A stretch of 64,000 bases of DNA from a virus (taxonomy: Duplodnaviria > Caudoviricetes), in IMG/VR virus record IMGVR_UViG_3300021387_000452. One strand, written 5' to 3'. The translations under genes were made by a program, and so were the position numbers. Below are positions 29,393 through 40,428 of the stretch, in pieces. Each line of letters starts with the position of its first letter. Position 1 is the first letter of the stretch. Under the pieces are notes generated by a model. The model was given only the letters and a program-made list of their open reading frames with translations. It was not told where the DNA came from and did not search any database.

Positions 29393-31360
29393 TTATCTTG
29401 TAACTGCTTTTACCATTACCACAATGTTATTTAACACTGGCACCATATAGTGATGATCGATGTAGTATTTATCTATTGTACGATACTGGTTAGTACCATC
29501 ATCTGTATCTTTATACCCTTTGAATATGTCAGTATCTTTATAGTCCCAACTTTCACTATCAAGATCACCATACGCAGCTTGATGACCAAGAAGATCTTCA
29601 TATGTTTGAACTTCGCTCTCACCAGCTGGAGATATCACATAAATATTTGTAAATTTATCTGGAAATGCGTTATATTTCACTGGTTCATACTTAATCCAAG
29701 TTTCATCATCTTTAGTTGCTGTCGTACTGATACCAGTCTTTGTATTATTGTATGAACGACCTTCTGAAACACACTTATAAATCTCATCTAGATCTTCATT
29801 CTCTAATTCAAAAACTCTATTGAATGTGTTATCAACAGTACCATAAGTAGAATCTCTAACAATGCAGCTATCCATACGAATTACTTTGTCAGAGGCTTTA
29901 TGTACAATGTAGTTTATCTTTGAAACCTCTGGAATCTTTTCACCTGGATCAGCTGTATAATACTCAAGTAGAGCTTTCTTTATTTGAGTAGCTACAGCTG
30001 AAACTGAAGTACCAAGCAAATAACACTCTGCCTTGACAACAATTGTATATGGGTCTTTACCATAGGGGATTAAAACAATGCAGTCTGATCGAGATGATCT
30101 CTCTTTTAAGTCTTCCCAAAGCTCTTTTCTACCATCATAATCAGCATCTGTTATAATATAAATTGTTCTTGGGATTAGCTCTGTACCTTCAGGGACTTTA
30201 TCAAATCGATAATTGTCAGCATGATCAAATACTTGGCAGTGCTGAGAAGTAGCTGCTTTTATGTATGAAGCATAATCATCCTTTGTTAGTAATGAAGCGT
30301 AACTTTGAACGAACTTCTTATAGTTTTCTCTTGTTACATTCGGATTCTCATATTCAGTATAACCTTTAATCCCATCACTTAATGATAGTTCATAACTAAT
30401 ACCACTGAGTATACTTGGATCACTGGCATATTCTGGCAATGGTTTAATGTAATCAGATATATTTATTGCAGCTGCATTTTCTGGAGTATCATCAATCTTC
30501 TTATCAATCGTTCTAATATATCTGAATGAGAACGTATCTTGCACATCAAATAACTCTTGGTAATTTGAAGGAAACTCAATCACTAATGATATTGCACCGC
30601 CAATAAACTTTGGTGTAATCGTAAACGAAGTTTCACTAAAGCCTGATCCAATAATATCATCTACATACTCTAATTCAATATCACCGCTCTTACTACTATG
30701 TTTTACAAGTGATAATAGATTTCTGTCTATCAATGCGTCTGGAATGTCAATAGTCGAATCACTATTGATGTCGCTATATGAAAAATTAAATGTTTCAAGT
30801 GTTCCAAGTACTACAGGTACTCGTGTAATCCTCTTTGCAGCTGTGTCTACATAATTTGTGTAATTATACCAACCATGCAAGTTCTCACTCTTTGTTGGAT
30901 CACCAGTAGCCTCAGCTCTAAGTGCAGCAGCATATTCTTTGTCTAGTGGCGCATAAATAGTATGCTCAACTTTTTCTGCTGCATATAGAGTATCGCCAGT
31001 GTTAGTTACTGGTATTGGGCTAAACTTATCAATCTTTAACTGAAGTTTATTACCCTGAGCCTTTGAATTAATTAGCAACGTTCCAAATGAAGCACGAGGA
31101 AGCATCATCTTATATCCCTCACGCATAGCATAAGAGTAGATTGAGGACGCTCTTTTTGCAGTAGCAACATCACACTCTCTTCTTAATTCATCTATTGTGT
31201 AATGAAGCTGATCACCCATACGAGCAAGTGATTCTGCAAATATGACAATAGGATCAGACAAGTTAGTCCAATCCCAGTCTCTAGGGAGTTTATTCCTTAA
31301 AAATGAAATTATCTCTTCTCTAAGTGTAGCATAATCTCTGCCGACAAATCTTGATACCAT
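29393..31360 (-). CDS. Baseplate wedge subunit (T4 gp6 / P2 gpJ family)
   Basis: RDYATLREEI...W.....SDP.....E..A..GD.LHY..D....E....TA....S.......GY N-terminus; LLTKDDY motif. Confidence 0.85.
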   Translation of the reverse strand: MVSRFVGRDYATLREEIISFLRNKLPRDWDWTNLSDPIVIFAESLARMGDQLHYTIDELRRECDVATAKRASSIYSYAMREGYKMMLPRASFGTLLINSKAQGNKLQLKIDKFSPIPVTNTGDTLYAAEKVEHTIYAPLDKEYAAALRAEATGDPTKSENLHGWYNYTNYVDTAAKRITRVPVVLGTLETFNFSYSDINSDSTIDIPDALIDRNLLSLVKHSSKSGDIELEYVDDIIGSGFSETSFTITPKFIGGAISLVIEFPSNYQELFDVQDTFSFRYIRTIDKKIDDTPENAAAINISDYIKPLPEYASDPSILSGISYELSLSDGIKGYTEYENPNVTRENYKKFVQSYASLLTKDDYASYIKAATSQHCQVFDHADNYRFDKVPEGTELIPRTIYIITDADYDGRKELWEDLKERSSRSDCIVLIPYGKDPYTIVVKAECYLLGTSVSAVATQIKKALLEYYTADPGEKIPEVSKINYIVHKASDKVIRMDSCIVRDSTYGTVDNTFNRVFELENEDLDEIYKCVSEGRSYNNTKTGISTTATKDDETWIKYEPVKYNAFPDKFTNIYVISPAGESEVQTYEDLLGHQAAYGDLDSESWDYKDTDIFKGYKDTDDGTNQYRTIDKYYIDHHYMVPVLNNIVVMVKAVTR

Positions 31361-31371
31361 AGCAAAACCTT

Positions 31372-31725
31372 CTATGAAGCAACTCCATCAAGCACTGATA
31401 GTGTGACTTTGAATATTGTAGAATTCTTATTTAAGTTTATTGAGAATATAAGCTCTTTGTTCTCACCTATCTTATATGATATTCCAACAAGCTTGACGCC
31501 TTCAATAAGGCCAACTGCGGTCTTAATTTCCTGAGTGATAAGATTCAGTGAATAGAAATTAAGTATCTCATACTTAAGATCTCTTAAGCTACTACCGTAT
31601 GTTGGATAATACCATCTAGTACCAAGTCGAGTGTTGAGAATACTAACCAGCTCAGCCCTCAGCACTTCATTATCACTAGACAAGACGAAGTTACCATTTA
31701 CATATTTACCTGTGAAAGTCTTCAT
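31372..31725 (-). CDS. Baseplate gp25-like sheath initiator
   Basis: ILNTRLGTR.YYPTYGS.L..L.YE signature. Confidence 0.85.
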   Translation of the reverse strand: MKTFTGKYVNGNFVLSSDNEVLRAELVSILNTRLGTRWYYPTYGSSLRDLKYEILNFYSLNLITQEIKTAVGLIEGVKLVGISYKIGENKELIFSINLNKNSTIFKVTLSVLDGVAS

Positions 31726-31734
31726 CTAAATCAC

Positions 31735-32601
31735 CTATATGAATAAATCTATGCAGTATAAATGATCCATAGAATTGCCAATTGCCATACAGAGCGCTTT
31801 GTCTCCATCTTTCCCTGTATGAATAAAATCTTCGCGCTCTCTAGCTGAAGCTTGAGAATCAGTTGCAGTCATATCATCACCATCACCTGGATTTTGATCT
31901 GACCCATCATCTGTTTTAATATCTGTTACGTCAGTGCACCACGGCATAGCAGATGCTTTATCAAGCTTTAGTTCAATGTCAAAGCCATCTAATCCTGAAT
32001 TGGCTGTATGTAACCCAAAGTGAGCTTTATTATCATTTACCTTAAATGTTACTTTACTATTAAATTTGATAGTAGCATTACTCGTATTGAAGTCTATTTC
32101 TCCCATTGGGCCTGGAGCTTCTATCTTTGCTGCGTTACCGGCTACACCAGACAACACTGGTGGGATAGGCCCAGCTGTACCTGGAAATACACCGCATACT
32201 GCTGGTACTGGTGGCATTGGAGCACCGCCACTTAAATTAGCTCCAGATATAATCGCATTTTGAAGAGATACTTTACCAGTTCCTTTTATATTGCACTCCT
32301 TACACTCAAACTCCATCTCATCTATTTCCATTTTTCCATTTAATGTAAGTCTACCTTTGTACTTTAAAACTGGTGGATTCTTCCAAGCAGCATATGCAGC
32401 TCTAATAGTCCATGAAGCAATTACTTTCTGAACTGTAGAACCATCCTCACCATGAGGCTTTATTTCTTTTGAACCATCGATGTTATCGAAATCGACCCAC
32501 ATTATACCATTCTTTTCAAAGTTCTCGTCTAGTTCATCAATGCGTCCTATAAAGCATGATAGACTATTAATTGGTATTTCTAGCTGATTGCTTATAAACA
32601 T
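31735..32601 (-). CDS. Probable baseplate central spike (gp5/gpV-like)
   Basis: Position between hub and gp25; beta-rich with Pro/Gly segment; no decisive motif. Confidence 0.4.
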   Translation of the reverse strand: MFISNQLEIPINSLSCFIGRIDELDENFEKNGIMWVDFDNIDGSKEIKPHGEDGSTVQKVIASWTIRAAYAAWKNPPVLKYKGRLTLNGKMEIDEMEFECKECNIKGTGKVSLQNAIISGANLSGGAPMPPVPAVCGVFPGTAGPIPPVLSGVAGNAAKIEAPGPMGEIDFNTSNATIKFNSKVTFKVNDNKAHFGLHTANSGLDGFDIELKLDKASAMPWCTDVTDIKTDDGSDQNPGDGDDMTATDSQASAREREDFIHTGKDGDKALCMAIGNSMDHLYCIDLFI

Positions 32602-32623
32602 TTAAAGTCTCCATGAAAGCTCA

Positions 32624-33985
32624 TCACGTAGTGCTCTGATCTTTATTATCACCACTGGCAGTCTCTGTTGCAGCAGCTTCTTGATTGCTCTTCTCTTCAA
32701 CTTCTTTTTTATTGTTAAATACAAGTGTAGCTTCAACATTAGCTTTAATAACAGCGCCACTTAAATCATAGCTAACTGACTGAACAGTGGCGTACCTGTT
32801 CATTTCTGCTTTTGTAATTGGATGTTCTTCACCAAATTCTGTAAATACTCTAAAATTTATCTTCATCTTTGGATCATTTACAACAAATGACATTACATTA
32901 TAGCATTCAAATGAAATCTGTATATTGCCACTTGAGCCCTTATTTGCGTTGGCGGCCATTGCGCTAGAAGCTACTTTAGATGAAGCATTTGTAACAGCAG
33001 AGCCAGCTCCAGTTCTATTAACTTTAGTCCCATTTGGGTTTACATTTATACTATACATTAATATAGCATTAGATTGATCTATGCTAAATGAGAACGATGT
33101 CATTGGTATAACGCACTTTCCGCCAAACTCCTGTGGTGTAGAATACGCTGGCTTAGAGCCATTTAAGACAAACACAAAGTCTGTTATATTGTTATCATCT
33201 GTCTTATTACTAGTGTTTGTATTGTTACCAACCCAATTTCTAATCTCAAATGCTTGATCTGAATAGTTATACGAACATGTAAACTTTGTTGGGTTGTCTG
33301 GATCACTATCAGACTTAAGCTTTACTTTCTCCATAAAGAAATCTAATGCCGAGTAGATAGTACCGCGAGCTGCAAGTGCGCCAGGTTGAGTCTTAAATAG
33401 TACGTAGCCAATGTTCTCTGGATAAAGGAACTCAAATAAATTATCAAACTCACTAGATTCATGAGATGCGCCATTTGCATCAATATATACTACTTTCTTC
33501 GGTATATCAGACGCAGTGTTCTTAAGAAGACCAACTGCTGCATCTATAAATCCGCTTGGATTTACATAAGCACCATCAAGATCAGATGAGCACGGGAATA
33601 TAGGAAACTGCTTCCATTCTATTTCGATTGTTGGAACTGCTCCATTAAATGAAAGAGTCCACTTATCAATTACACCATCAAATTCTCTCTTTTTTGAAAA
33701 GCAACTAATAGAAATTTTTAATGGTATTTGAACAGACTTTCCAATATTGTCAGTCTGATAAGTAATGAACCGCGTAAATAGCTCATTTTTATAGTCTACT
33801 AGAGACATTGCCCCTGTACACCCAGCACTAGAATTATCTCCAGCTGATGGGACTTTTACTGAGAGACTTTGCAAGTGAGCATTATCATTACTAGAATACT
33901 TCTTGTGTATGTTGGACACTGTATACGGTTCTTTAAACAGCAATGTAACTGCTACTTCATTATAATCTTTAAACTGTGGGTACAT
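32624..33985 (-). CDS. Probable baseplate hub protein (gp27/gpD-like)
   Basis: Position after the LysM-like gene; size and beta-rich composition. Confidence 0.4.
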   Translation of the reverse strand: MYPQFKDYNEVAVTLLFKEPYTVSNIHKKYSSNDNAHLQSLSVKVPSAGDNSSAGCTGAMSLVDYKNELFTRFITYQTDNIGKSVQIPLKISISCFSKKREFDGVIDKWTLSFNGAVPTIEIEWKQFPIFPCSSDLDGAYVNPSGFIDAAVGLLKNTASDIPKKVVYIDANGASHESSEFDNLFEFLYPENIGYVLFKTQPGALAARGTIYSALDFFMEKVKLKSDSDPDNPTKFTCSYNYSDQAFEIRNWVGNNTNTSNKTDDNNITDFVFVLNGSKPAYSTPQEFGGKCVIPMTSFSFSIDQSNAILMYSINVNPNGTKVNRTGAGSAVTNASSKVASSAMAANANKGSSGNIQISFECYNVMSFVVNDPKMKINFRVFTEFGEEHPITKAEMNRYATVQSVSYDLSGAVIKANVEATLVFNNKKEVEEKSNQEAAATETASGDNKDQSTT

Positions 33986-33993
33986 GGTAAACT

Positions 33994-34242
33994 CTATAAT
34001 AGAGGAATCTTAAGCTGTGTACCAGCTGGAACTGCGTTTGGATTTATTATTGCATTAAAGCGTGCAATAATCCACCAATTTACTGGAGTATTATATACAC
34101 GCTGTGAAACAAGATCTAATCGATCAGCTTCAAATTCAGTCACTACTGTTGTGTTATATTTGTAGTAAGTCCTAAATAGATGAGACTGTGGAATGTCTGT
34201 CTCATCATCAACATTATAATACCTAGACGTTTGATTGTACAT
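33994..34242 (-). CDS. LysM-like baseplate protein (gp53/gpX-like)
   Basis: DRLDLVSQRVYNTPVNWWIIARFNAIINP....GTQLKIP. Confidence 0.85.
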   Translation of the reverse strand: MYNQTSRYYNVDDETDIPQSHLFRTYYKYNTTVVTEFEADRLDLVSQRVYNTPVNWWIIARFNAIINPNAVPAGTQLKIPLL

Positions 34243-34257
34243 TGCACAGCCTCATCA

Positions 34258-35934
34258 TTATATTATAGATGACATAAAATCAGAAGCAGCTTTAGCCATC
34301 TGCGCACTTGCATCAGCTAAACCGCCTGCAGCTTCAAGAGCCATAGCCGCTCCATTTGCGATTTTCTGCATCATAGCCAAAGGATCTTCATTGTCATCAG
34401 CAGCTTTAACTGATAAGTTCTCTGCTAATCTATTAGCTCTAGATAAACTATTTTTTAATTCAGCAGCAGCTTCTTTTTCTGAAAAATCTCCAGTAGTCTT
34501 TTGTAGCTGTACATCTTCAAGTAGTATCATCGTAAATGAAACAGTTAGCTCTGAATAATAATACTCAGTACAAAACTCATTTACATTATCAGACTTTAGT
34601 TGGTAATTGCTATCTCGCACTGCTGAAAAATCACCATTAGCATATTTACCAGTCATTGATCCACCATAAGTAATAGACACTGAAGATATATAGCCAACTC
34701 TTGAAATCCCTGGTAGTATTACACCACAGACCTTCGGCATAAGTGATCCACTTTCAGTTTCCCACGGCCTCTGAAAACTTTCAGCCATTCTTTCTATATC
34801 TTCTAGAGTAAGATCATCACTCACTGCTCTAAGTTCATCAATATGCCATTTTAATTCAAATGTAATTTCTATCTGATTTGCATTTTGATAGTATTGGTAT
34901 GGGACTTGAGATCCTCTTGGAGAAATAGATTCATATGACGAAGCTGCAGTGTATGACACTGATTCTGGCTGTTGAAAACAAAGAAGCATGTTATGAGCTT
35001 TTTTAGTACCAGACTTACCATCAGTAGTACCAAAATATTCTGGAATATCATACACGATAGCTTGAACAACACTAAGTTTAGAAAAGTCACTAACTTTTCT
35101 ATTGTCTATAGGGTTTGTATGCTTACTAACTGGAAAGATTGTAAATGATCTTGCATCCTGAAGAAAATCTCCATTCTCAATTCGTTGAATTAATAATGAA
35201 AATTCGCCCCATGCCATATATGCAGCCATGTACATCTTCCATATATTAAACAACTTATCTCTAATAGTTACTTCTCCAGTTGGGAGCTTATCCCATGAAG
35301 TACTTCCCTTCTCTCCAGAAGACGTTGCCTTAAATGCACTAGTGTCATTATCGTTCTTTCTCTCACTTAGAATATCTGCTATAGTATCTTTCATAGATAC
35401 AGCTAATGAAGTACTTAAGTGAGTATCATTAATGAAAGATTCATCAAACTCATACTTTCTTTCTTTAAGCTTATCATATAGTGGAGAAAAATCTTCTACG
35501 ATCTGCTGAACTTCAAAGTCATCAATTGAAATTATAATCGAAGAACTGCTACCATAGTTTACAAAAAGACAGTATATATCTGATGATCTATCTAGTATAA
35601 GCCAGCCAATCTGATTCCCGGTTCCTTTATTTGATGAGTCAATAGTTCCGTTGAAATCTTTATAGATATTCTTGCCTTTGAAGACTCCATATCGTATATC
35701 TGATTTGTTGTCTAGAAATTTGAATGATACAGTTTTATATTCAGGAAGACTAACTGCTTTATCATAGAGCTCTTTATCAAGCTCATATTCATATTTATGT
35801 GGAAGAATACTCAGTACATCTTTCTTATCAGATTCAGTAGATGCACCCAGACTCTCTTCAACAAGAATTCGGAATGCATCCACTGTACTATTTTTTGCAC
35901 CAAGTGATAGTTTATTATATTCTAATACTGGCAT
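34258..35934 (-). CDS. Probable tail-tube initiator / baseplate tube-like protein
   Basis: C-terminal PESVSY....YE....RGS..PYQYY......I.FEL...GYISSVSITY pattern; directly after the tape measure. Confidence 0.55.
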   Translation of the reverse strand: MPVLEYNKLSLGAKNSTVDAFRILVEESLGASTESDKKDVLSILPHKYEYELDKELYDKAVSLPEYKTVSFKFLDNKSDIRYGVFKGKNIYKDFNGTIDSSNKGTGNQIGWLILDRSSDIYCLFVNYGSSSSIIISIDDFEVQQIVEDFSPLYDKLKERKYEFDESFINDTHLSTSLAVSMKDTIADILSERKNDNDTSAFKATSSGEKGSTSWDKLPTGEVTIRDKLFNIWKMYMAAYMAWGEFSLLIQRIENGDFLQDARSFTIFPVSKHTNPIDNRKVSDFSKLSVVQAIVYDIPEYFGTTDGKSGTKKAHNMLLCFQQPESVSYTAASSYESISPRGSQVPYQYYQNANQIEITFELKWHIDELRAVSDDLTLEDIERMAESFQRPWETESGSLMPKVCGVILPGISRVGYISSVSITYGGSMTGKYANGDFSAVRDSNYQLKSDNVNEFCTEYYYSELTVSFTMILLEDVQLQKTTGDFSEKEAAAELKNSLSRANRLAENLSVKAADDNEDPLAMMQKIANGAAMALEAAGGLADASAQMAKAASDFMSSII

Positions 35935-35946
35935 AATATATCACCC

Positions 35947-38900
35947 TTATGCATGAGGTAGTCTTGCCGGAGTTGAAGCACCAACTGGCTTTTTAACAAA
36001 CGCAGCCATATCACGTAGATACTTCACAACGTCTTTCATCGCCAAAACAATCTCATCCCTCTGTGAATTACTATCAGATACCTTCTTTGCGCTTTTAGAA
36101 TTTGATACATCATATTTAACCTGACCGTTAGTCTGAGCAATGATTGTGTTTATAGCATTCTTTGAAAGATTCTGTAAAGTCTCAAGCTGTGTATCTGTTT
36201 TTGCTTTAACACCTTCAGCTACAACGTCTGTACCTTCAGCAAGATTTGAATATAGTTGGCTATATTCTTCTGGAGTTAGCTCTTTAACTGCAGGCTGTGG
36301 TGTGTTTGCGTCTTGAGGTACTGAAGATGATGTAGTAATACCATCTGGAGTATCAATCTGCTTTGTAGCTATATACTTTGAAGTTGCGGCATCAAACATC
36401 CCATCATAGAATCCAGCACCAACCATACCCCACTTAGCTTTATTATTCATTGGTACTTCAATAACGCCCTTAGACCCTTCCTTTGCTTTGAATTTACCTT
36501 TAGCATAAGAATCTGACGATCCGCTAGCATTAATCCACTTACCATTAGTAGTTATAATACCCATGTGTTGTGGAAATCCGGTCTTGTCGCTTTTATTAGA
36601 AAATCCAATCATTCCAGGTAAAGCGTCACTTAAATTAACTTTGTGCAACTTTGAGCTATTCCAGTGTGTACCAACTGTGCCAGATGGGAATTTCTTCATA
36701 CCAGCTGATCTAAAGGCTGACTGAACAAGAGTATTACACACAAAACCGTCGCTGTATATAGAGTATGGTTTTCCAACTTGATCCCTTGCATATGCTATTG
36801 CATTATCAGCAATAGAGTTTCCAGATGAAGATAGAGAGTCATCAACAGCAGTTCTTATTTTCTTTTTATCAATGAAAGACATTTTACTGATAAGATTCTT
36901 TAGTACACTTGGTTTATCAAGCGGAATAATAGCTTCTCTACCAGCCTCACCTACTAAGCCAGGCCCGTGAGTCGATGAAGCTCCACCAGCATATGCATTA
37001 AGCTTTGTAAGAAATTCATGAATCTTTAATATAGTCTCTGAAGTCTTAGCTACATGTTGTGTTATTGTCTCTAATAAAGAACCAGTGTTTGGTGGTAATA
37101 CTGAAACTTGTTGCTGATTTCTTGCTGAATCCAAATAGCTCTGTACATTATCAGCTTCAGCTTGATCAAATTTAATACCATTTTGAACTACATCTGAATC
37201 TAATACTTTCGCAAACTCACTGATTGCATCATCAGCATTATTATAGTGAAGACGTCTCTCAGCATCTGCCATAACTACCATTGCTTCAGACTCTGATAGA
37301 TAGTTATTCGCTGCAGACTGAAGAGCTGCAAGAGCATCTTTTCTACTATTTTCATCTTTAGCACTATCAAACGCTTTTTTAGCATCTTCATAGGCTTGTT
37401 GCGCTGCACGATCTTCTTTATTACCAAGTAATCTTCGCTGAGCTTCTTCAAATTCTGCAAGCTTACTTTCATCTTTATCAAAAACGCCAGATAGTTTGTA
37501 TTGCAAGAATTTAAAACCCATCTGTACAGCATTAACTAATGTAACAATTGGAGCTCCTAATGTAGCTGTAACAAGTTCTTTTACTGTACTTACAGCTGAT
37601 AATATCACTTCCTTTATTACTTTAAATCCAGATCGTACTAATGGACCAATTGCATTCTGTAAATAATTTATAGTTCCTGACAACCAGCCAATAACAGTTG
37701 GTATTTTGCTAACAAAGTAATTAAACATTCCATTAATTGTTAAAACTATATTATTTACAAGTGTAACTGCATTATCTAGAGTGTTTAATACATTAGTGAT
37801 TAAATTAGAAATTGCTAATAGTGGTGGCTCAATAACATCTATGATAAGGTTTACTACTCTATCAACAGTTAATGCGATAGTGCTAAGAATTTCTGAAACT
37901 GGTGGTAAAATTACATCTACAAGTTTAGTGAAAGTTTCAACAATTGGTGGGAGAAATGAGTCTACTATCTTTCTAGCAATGTCTAGTATTGGTGGTAATA
38001 TTGTAACAACAACTTTATCTAAAAGCTGAAGCACTTTTGGTAATAACTGCTTAACAGCAAACTCGATTGTACTTACAATAGTTGGCATGACAGGAGCTAT
38101 CGACTTAGCTAAAACATTAATTGATTCAGCAATGAGTCTAATTGGTTCAGTCAAAACAATAATAACTTCTCTTACTGAGTCAATGGCAGTTACTACTATT
38201 TCTCTAACGCCATCAATAAATGACACACCAATTTCTCTTATGCAGTCAATAACTGATACACCTAATTCTTTAACTGCATCAATGATTGGTACTATAGCAT
38301 CTGCGACAGTTTGAAGTACCTGTACAATTGCTGGAACAGCTGGGGCTACAATGTCTATTAACTTACCAATAACTTCAGTTACTTTTAGTACGATGTCTCT
38401 TATTCCAGGAATTGCATCAGCTATAGCACTTCCTAAACCATCAAAGAATCCCTTAAATGTTGGAGCTGCCTCTTTAATAGCATTTCCAATACCAGACAAG
38501 TCTATGTTTGATGCAGCAGATCGCGCACTTCCAGCTAAATTAGACGCAGCAGCTTTTGAGCCAGACATGTCTATCTTAGACAAGCTTGACTTTATCTCCT
38601 GCATTCCTGATTTATCTGAGCTAGACAGTTTACTTGTTAATCCACTGATTGCTCCAGATAAAGATGACCCAGCTTTATCAAATATCCCACCACTAAAGAA
38701 TCCAGAGAATGTATCTTTAATCCCTTTCCATATCTCTGGGAGTAGGCTGCCAATCCCGCTAATAATATCTTCAATGAATCCTGGAATATTTTTTATAAAG
38801 TCAGATAGTATTGGTTTTATTTGTTTAAATACTTCACCTAGTTTAGGCCCTATCTTATCCCAGTTAGCAACTATAGCGACTATAGCTCCAGCTGCTCCTA

Positions 38901-40338
38901 ATCCACCGATGATCCATTTGGTTACGCTACTAGTGTTAAAATATATAGACTTTAATAATGTGGACACTACTTTAAACCCAGTCGATACAAGCTTACCCAT
39001 ATCAGCTGAATCACCAAATAGTTCATCAAGAGTGTTTGAAAATTTGCCTATTGCACCGCCTAAAATATTATTATCAAACTCTCCAAATGCTTTCTGAATT
39101 TCAAAATTAATCTTTCCATTAGATGCATTATCTGAGAGAGCCTTTTTATTCTGTTTTTCTGTGCGAACATTCGTGCCAATATTCTGACCATTGGCTTGCA
39201 TATTTTTAATAGTAAGCAGTTGATTAGCCATTTGTCTAGTGGCTTCATCACCTGAACTGGCTAATGCTCTCAACTGCTCTGTAGAATACTGATTTGCTTG
39301 TTCTACTAAATGCTGGCCCTCACTACCTATTGCTTGAACTCCGCCCTGAATAGCTAGCAGAGCGCCATCAACTTCTTCTGTCATACCATTGGCTGCTCTA
39401 CGATTATTAGCGGCCATCTGTGATGCTTTCTCCCAGTCAGTAATAGCACCACCAGCATACTTAGCAGTATTAGCAGAGCTCTGAGCAATTTGAGACAACA
39501 CTTTATCAACACCAACTGTAGCTCTCTCTGACTCTGATACTGTAGCCAATTGCTGCTTAATAAGCTGTCTTGCACGCGGGTCAGTTGCAGCTGTAGTTAT
39601 CTGCTTAACCGCGGCTGTGCTTGCTTCCATTGCGTACTTATACGCTTCAGCATCATCTAAGCCGGATTTTCTTAAAGCTGCATACTTAGCTCGCTGCTCT
39701 TCTCCCATAGCTTCAAGATCATGCCCGCCAGCCTGTAGCGCATTATAATATTCTACAATCTCAGACTTATCAAGCTTAAACCCCAATAAACTCTCTACTT
39801 GACCTTGAGCAGCATTTGCCATCACCTGAGATCTGTCTTTCTCTTCTTTAGTAAGAAAGTTTTGTCTCATTAGTTTAGCGTATTGAGTCTGAGTTTTAAG
39901 AGTATCGTTTAATACACCCAATAAAGCCGACTTGAGTGTATCAAAACAATTCTTCATAGTATCTTTGAAGTCTTTAAGAGCATTTAAATTATCTCTATTT
40001 TGTCTACCAGATAGAGCTTTATCTATAGCACGGTTATTCGCTTCAGAAGCCATATTTTTCTTCTGATTACTAGTAATGCCAGATAAAGCTCTCTGCACAG
40101 CACGATCATTACTTGCAACAGCTTTGCTCTGCTTAGCAAAGTATTCTTTCTCATTAGCCTGATTATTTAATGAGCTATCAAAATAATTTTTAGCACTTTT
40201 ATTTCTATCACTATCTTCTTTAGACTTCTTAGTAAGATGCTCGTATATACCCTCTAGTATTTGATTAGCTAGATCATCAAACACTGGTAATGGCTTACTA
40301 GGGTCTATATTGAAATTAACTCCGCTATCTATTGCCAT
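35947..40338 (-). CDS. Tape measure protein with C-terminal NlpC/P60 peptidoglycan hydrolase
   Basis: 1463 aa with long amphipathic repeats; GLVGEAGREAIIPL; A..Q.GKPY......C..LV...F...G...HMGI. Confidence 0.85.
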   Translation of the reverse strand: MAIDSGVNFNIDPSKPLPVFDDLANQILEGIYEHLTKKSKEDSDRNKSAKNYFDSSLNNQANEKEYFAKQSKAVASNDRAVQRALSGITSNQKKNMASEANNRAIDKALSGRQNRDNLNALKDFKDTMKNCFDTLKSALLGVLNDTLKTQTQYAKLMRQNFLTKEEKDRSQVMANAAQGQVESLLGFKLDKSEIVEYYNALQAGGHDLEAMGEEQRAKYAALRKSGLDDAEAYKYAMEASTAAVKQITTAATDPRARQLIKQQLATVSESERATVGVDKVLSQIAQSSANTAKYAGGAITDWEKASQMAANNRRAANGMTEEVDGALLAIQGGVQAIGSEGQHLVEQANQYSTEQLRALASSGDEATRQMANQLLTIKNMQANGQNIGTNVRTEKQNKKALSDNASNGKINFEIQKAFGEFDNNILGGAIGKFSNTLDELFGDSADMGKLVSTGFKVVSTLLKSIYFNTSSVTKWIIGGLGAAGAIVAIVANWDKIGPKLGEVFKQIKPILSDFIKNIPGFIEDIISGIGSLLPEIWKGIKDTFSGFFSGGIFDKAGSSLSGAISGLTSKLSSSDKSGMQEIKSSLSKIDMSGSKAAASNLAGSARSAASNIDLSGIGNAIKEAAPTFKGFFDGLGSAIADAIPGIRDIVLKVTEVIGKLIDIVAPAVPAIVQVLQTVADAIVPIIDAVKELGVSVIDCIREIGVSFIDGVREIVVTAIDSVREVIIVLTEPIRLIAESINVLAKSIAPVMPTIVSTIEFAVKQLLPKVLQLLDKVVVTILPPILDIARKIVDSFLPPIVETFTKLVDVILPPVSEILSTIALTVDRVVNLIIDVIEPPLLAISNLITNVLNTLDNAVTLVNNIVLTINGMFNYFVSKIPTVIGWLSGTINYLQNAIGPLVRSGFKVIKEVILSAVSTVKELVTATLGAPIVTLVNAVQMGFKFLQYKLSGVFDKDESKLAEFEEAQRRLLGNKEDRAAQQAYEDAKKAFDSAKDENSRKDALAALQSAANNYLSESEAMVVMADAERRLHYNNADDAISEFAKVLDSDVVQNGIKFDQAEADNVQSYLDSARNQQQVSVLPPNTGSLLETITQHVAKTSETILKIHEFLTKLNAYAGGASSTHGPGLVGEAGREAIIPLDKPSVLKNLISKMSFIDKKKIRTAVDDSLSSSGNSIADNAIAYARDQVGKPYSIYSDGFVCNTLVQSAFRSAGMKKFPSGTVGTHWNSSKLHKVNLSDALPGMIGFSNKSDKTGFPQHMGIITTNGKWINASGSSDSYAKGKFKAKEGSKGVIEVPMNNKAKWGMVGAGFYDGMFDAATSKYIATKQIDTPDGITTSSSVPQDANTPQPAVKELTPEEYSQLYSNLAEGTDVVAEGVKAKTDTQLETLQNLSKNAINTIIAQTNGQVKYDVSNSKSAKKVSDSNSQRDEIVLAMKDVVKYLRDMAAFVKKPVGASTPARLPHA

Positions 40339-40360
40339 AATGCTTATCTCCAGGTAAAAT

Positions 40361-40397
40361 AAAAGCTCTATGTAAATTTGATATATACATAGAGCTT
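40361..40397 (-). terminator. Terminator hairpin with embedded TGTATATATCAAAT
   Basis: aagctctatgta/tacatagagctt stem; tataca 40384-40389; U tract. Confidence 0.75.
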
Positions 40398-40428
40398 ACA
40401 TACTAGCAGAGCTATCTTTGCTAATCTA

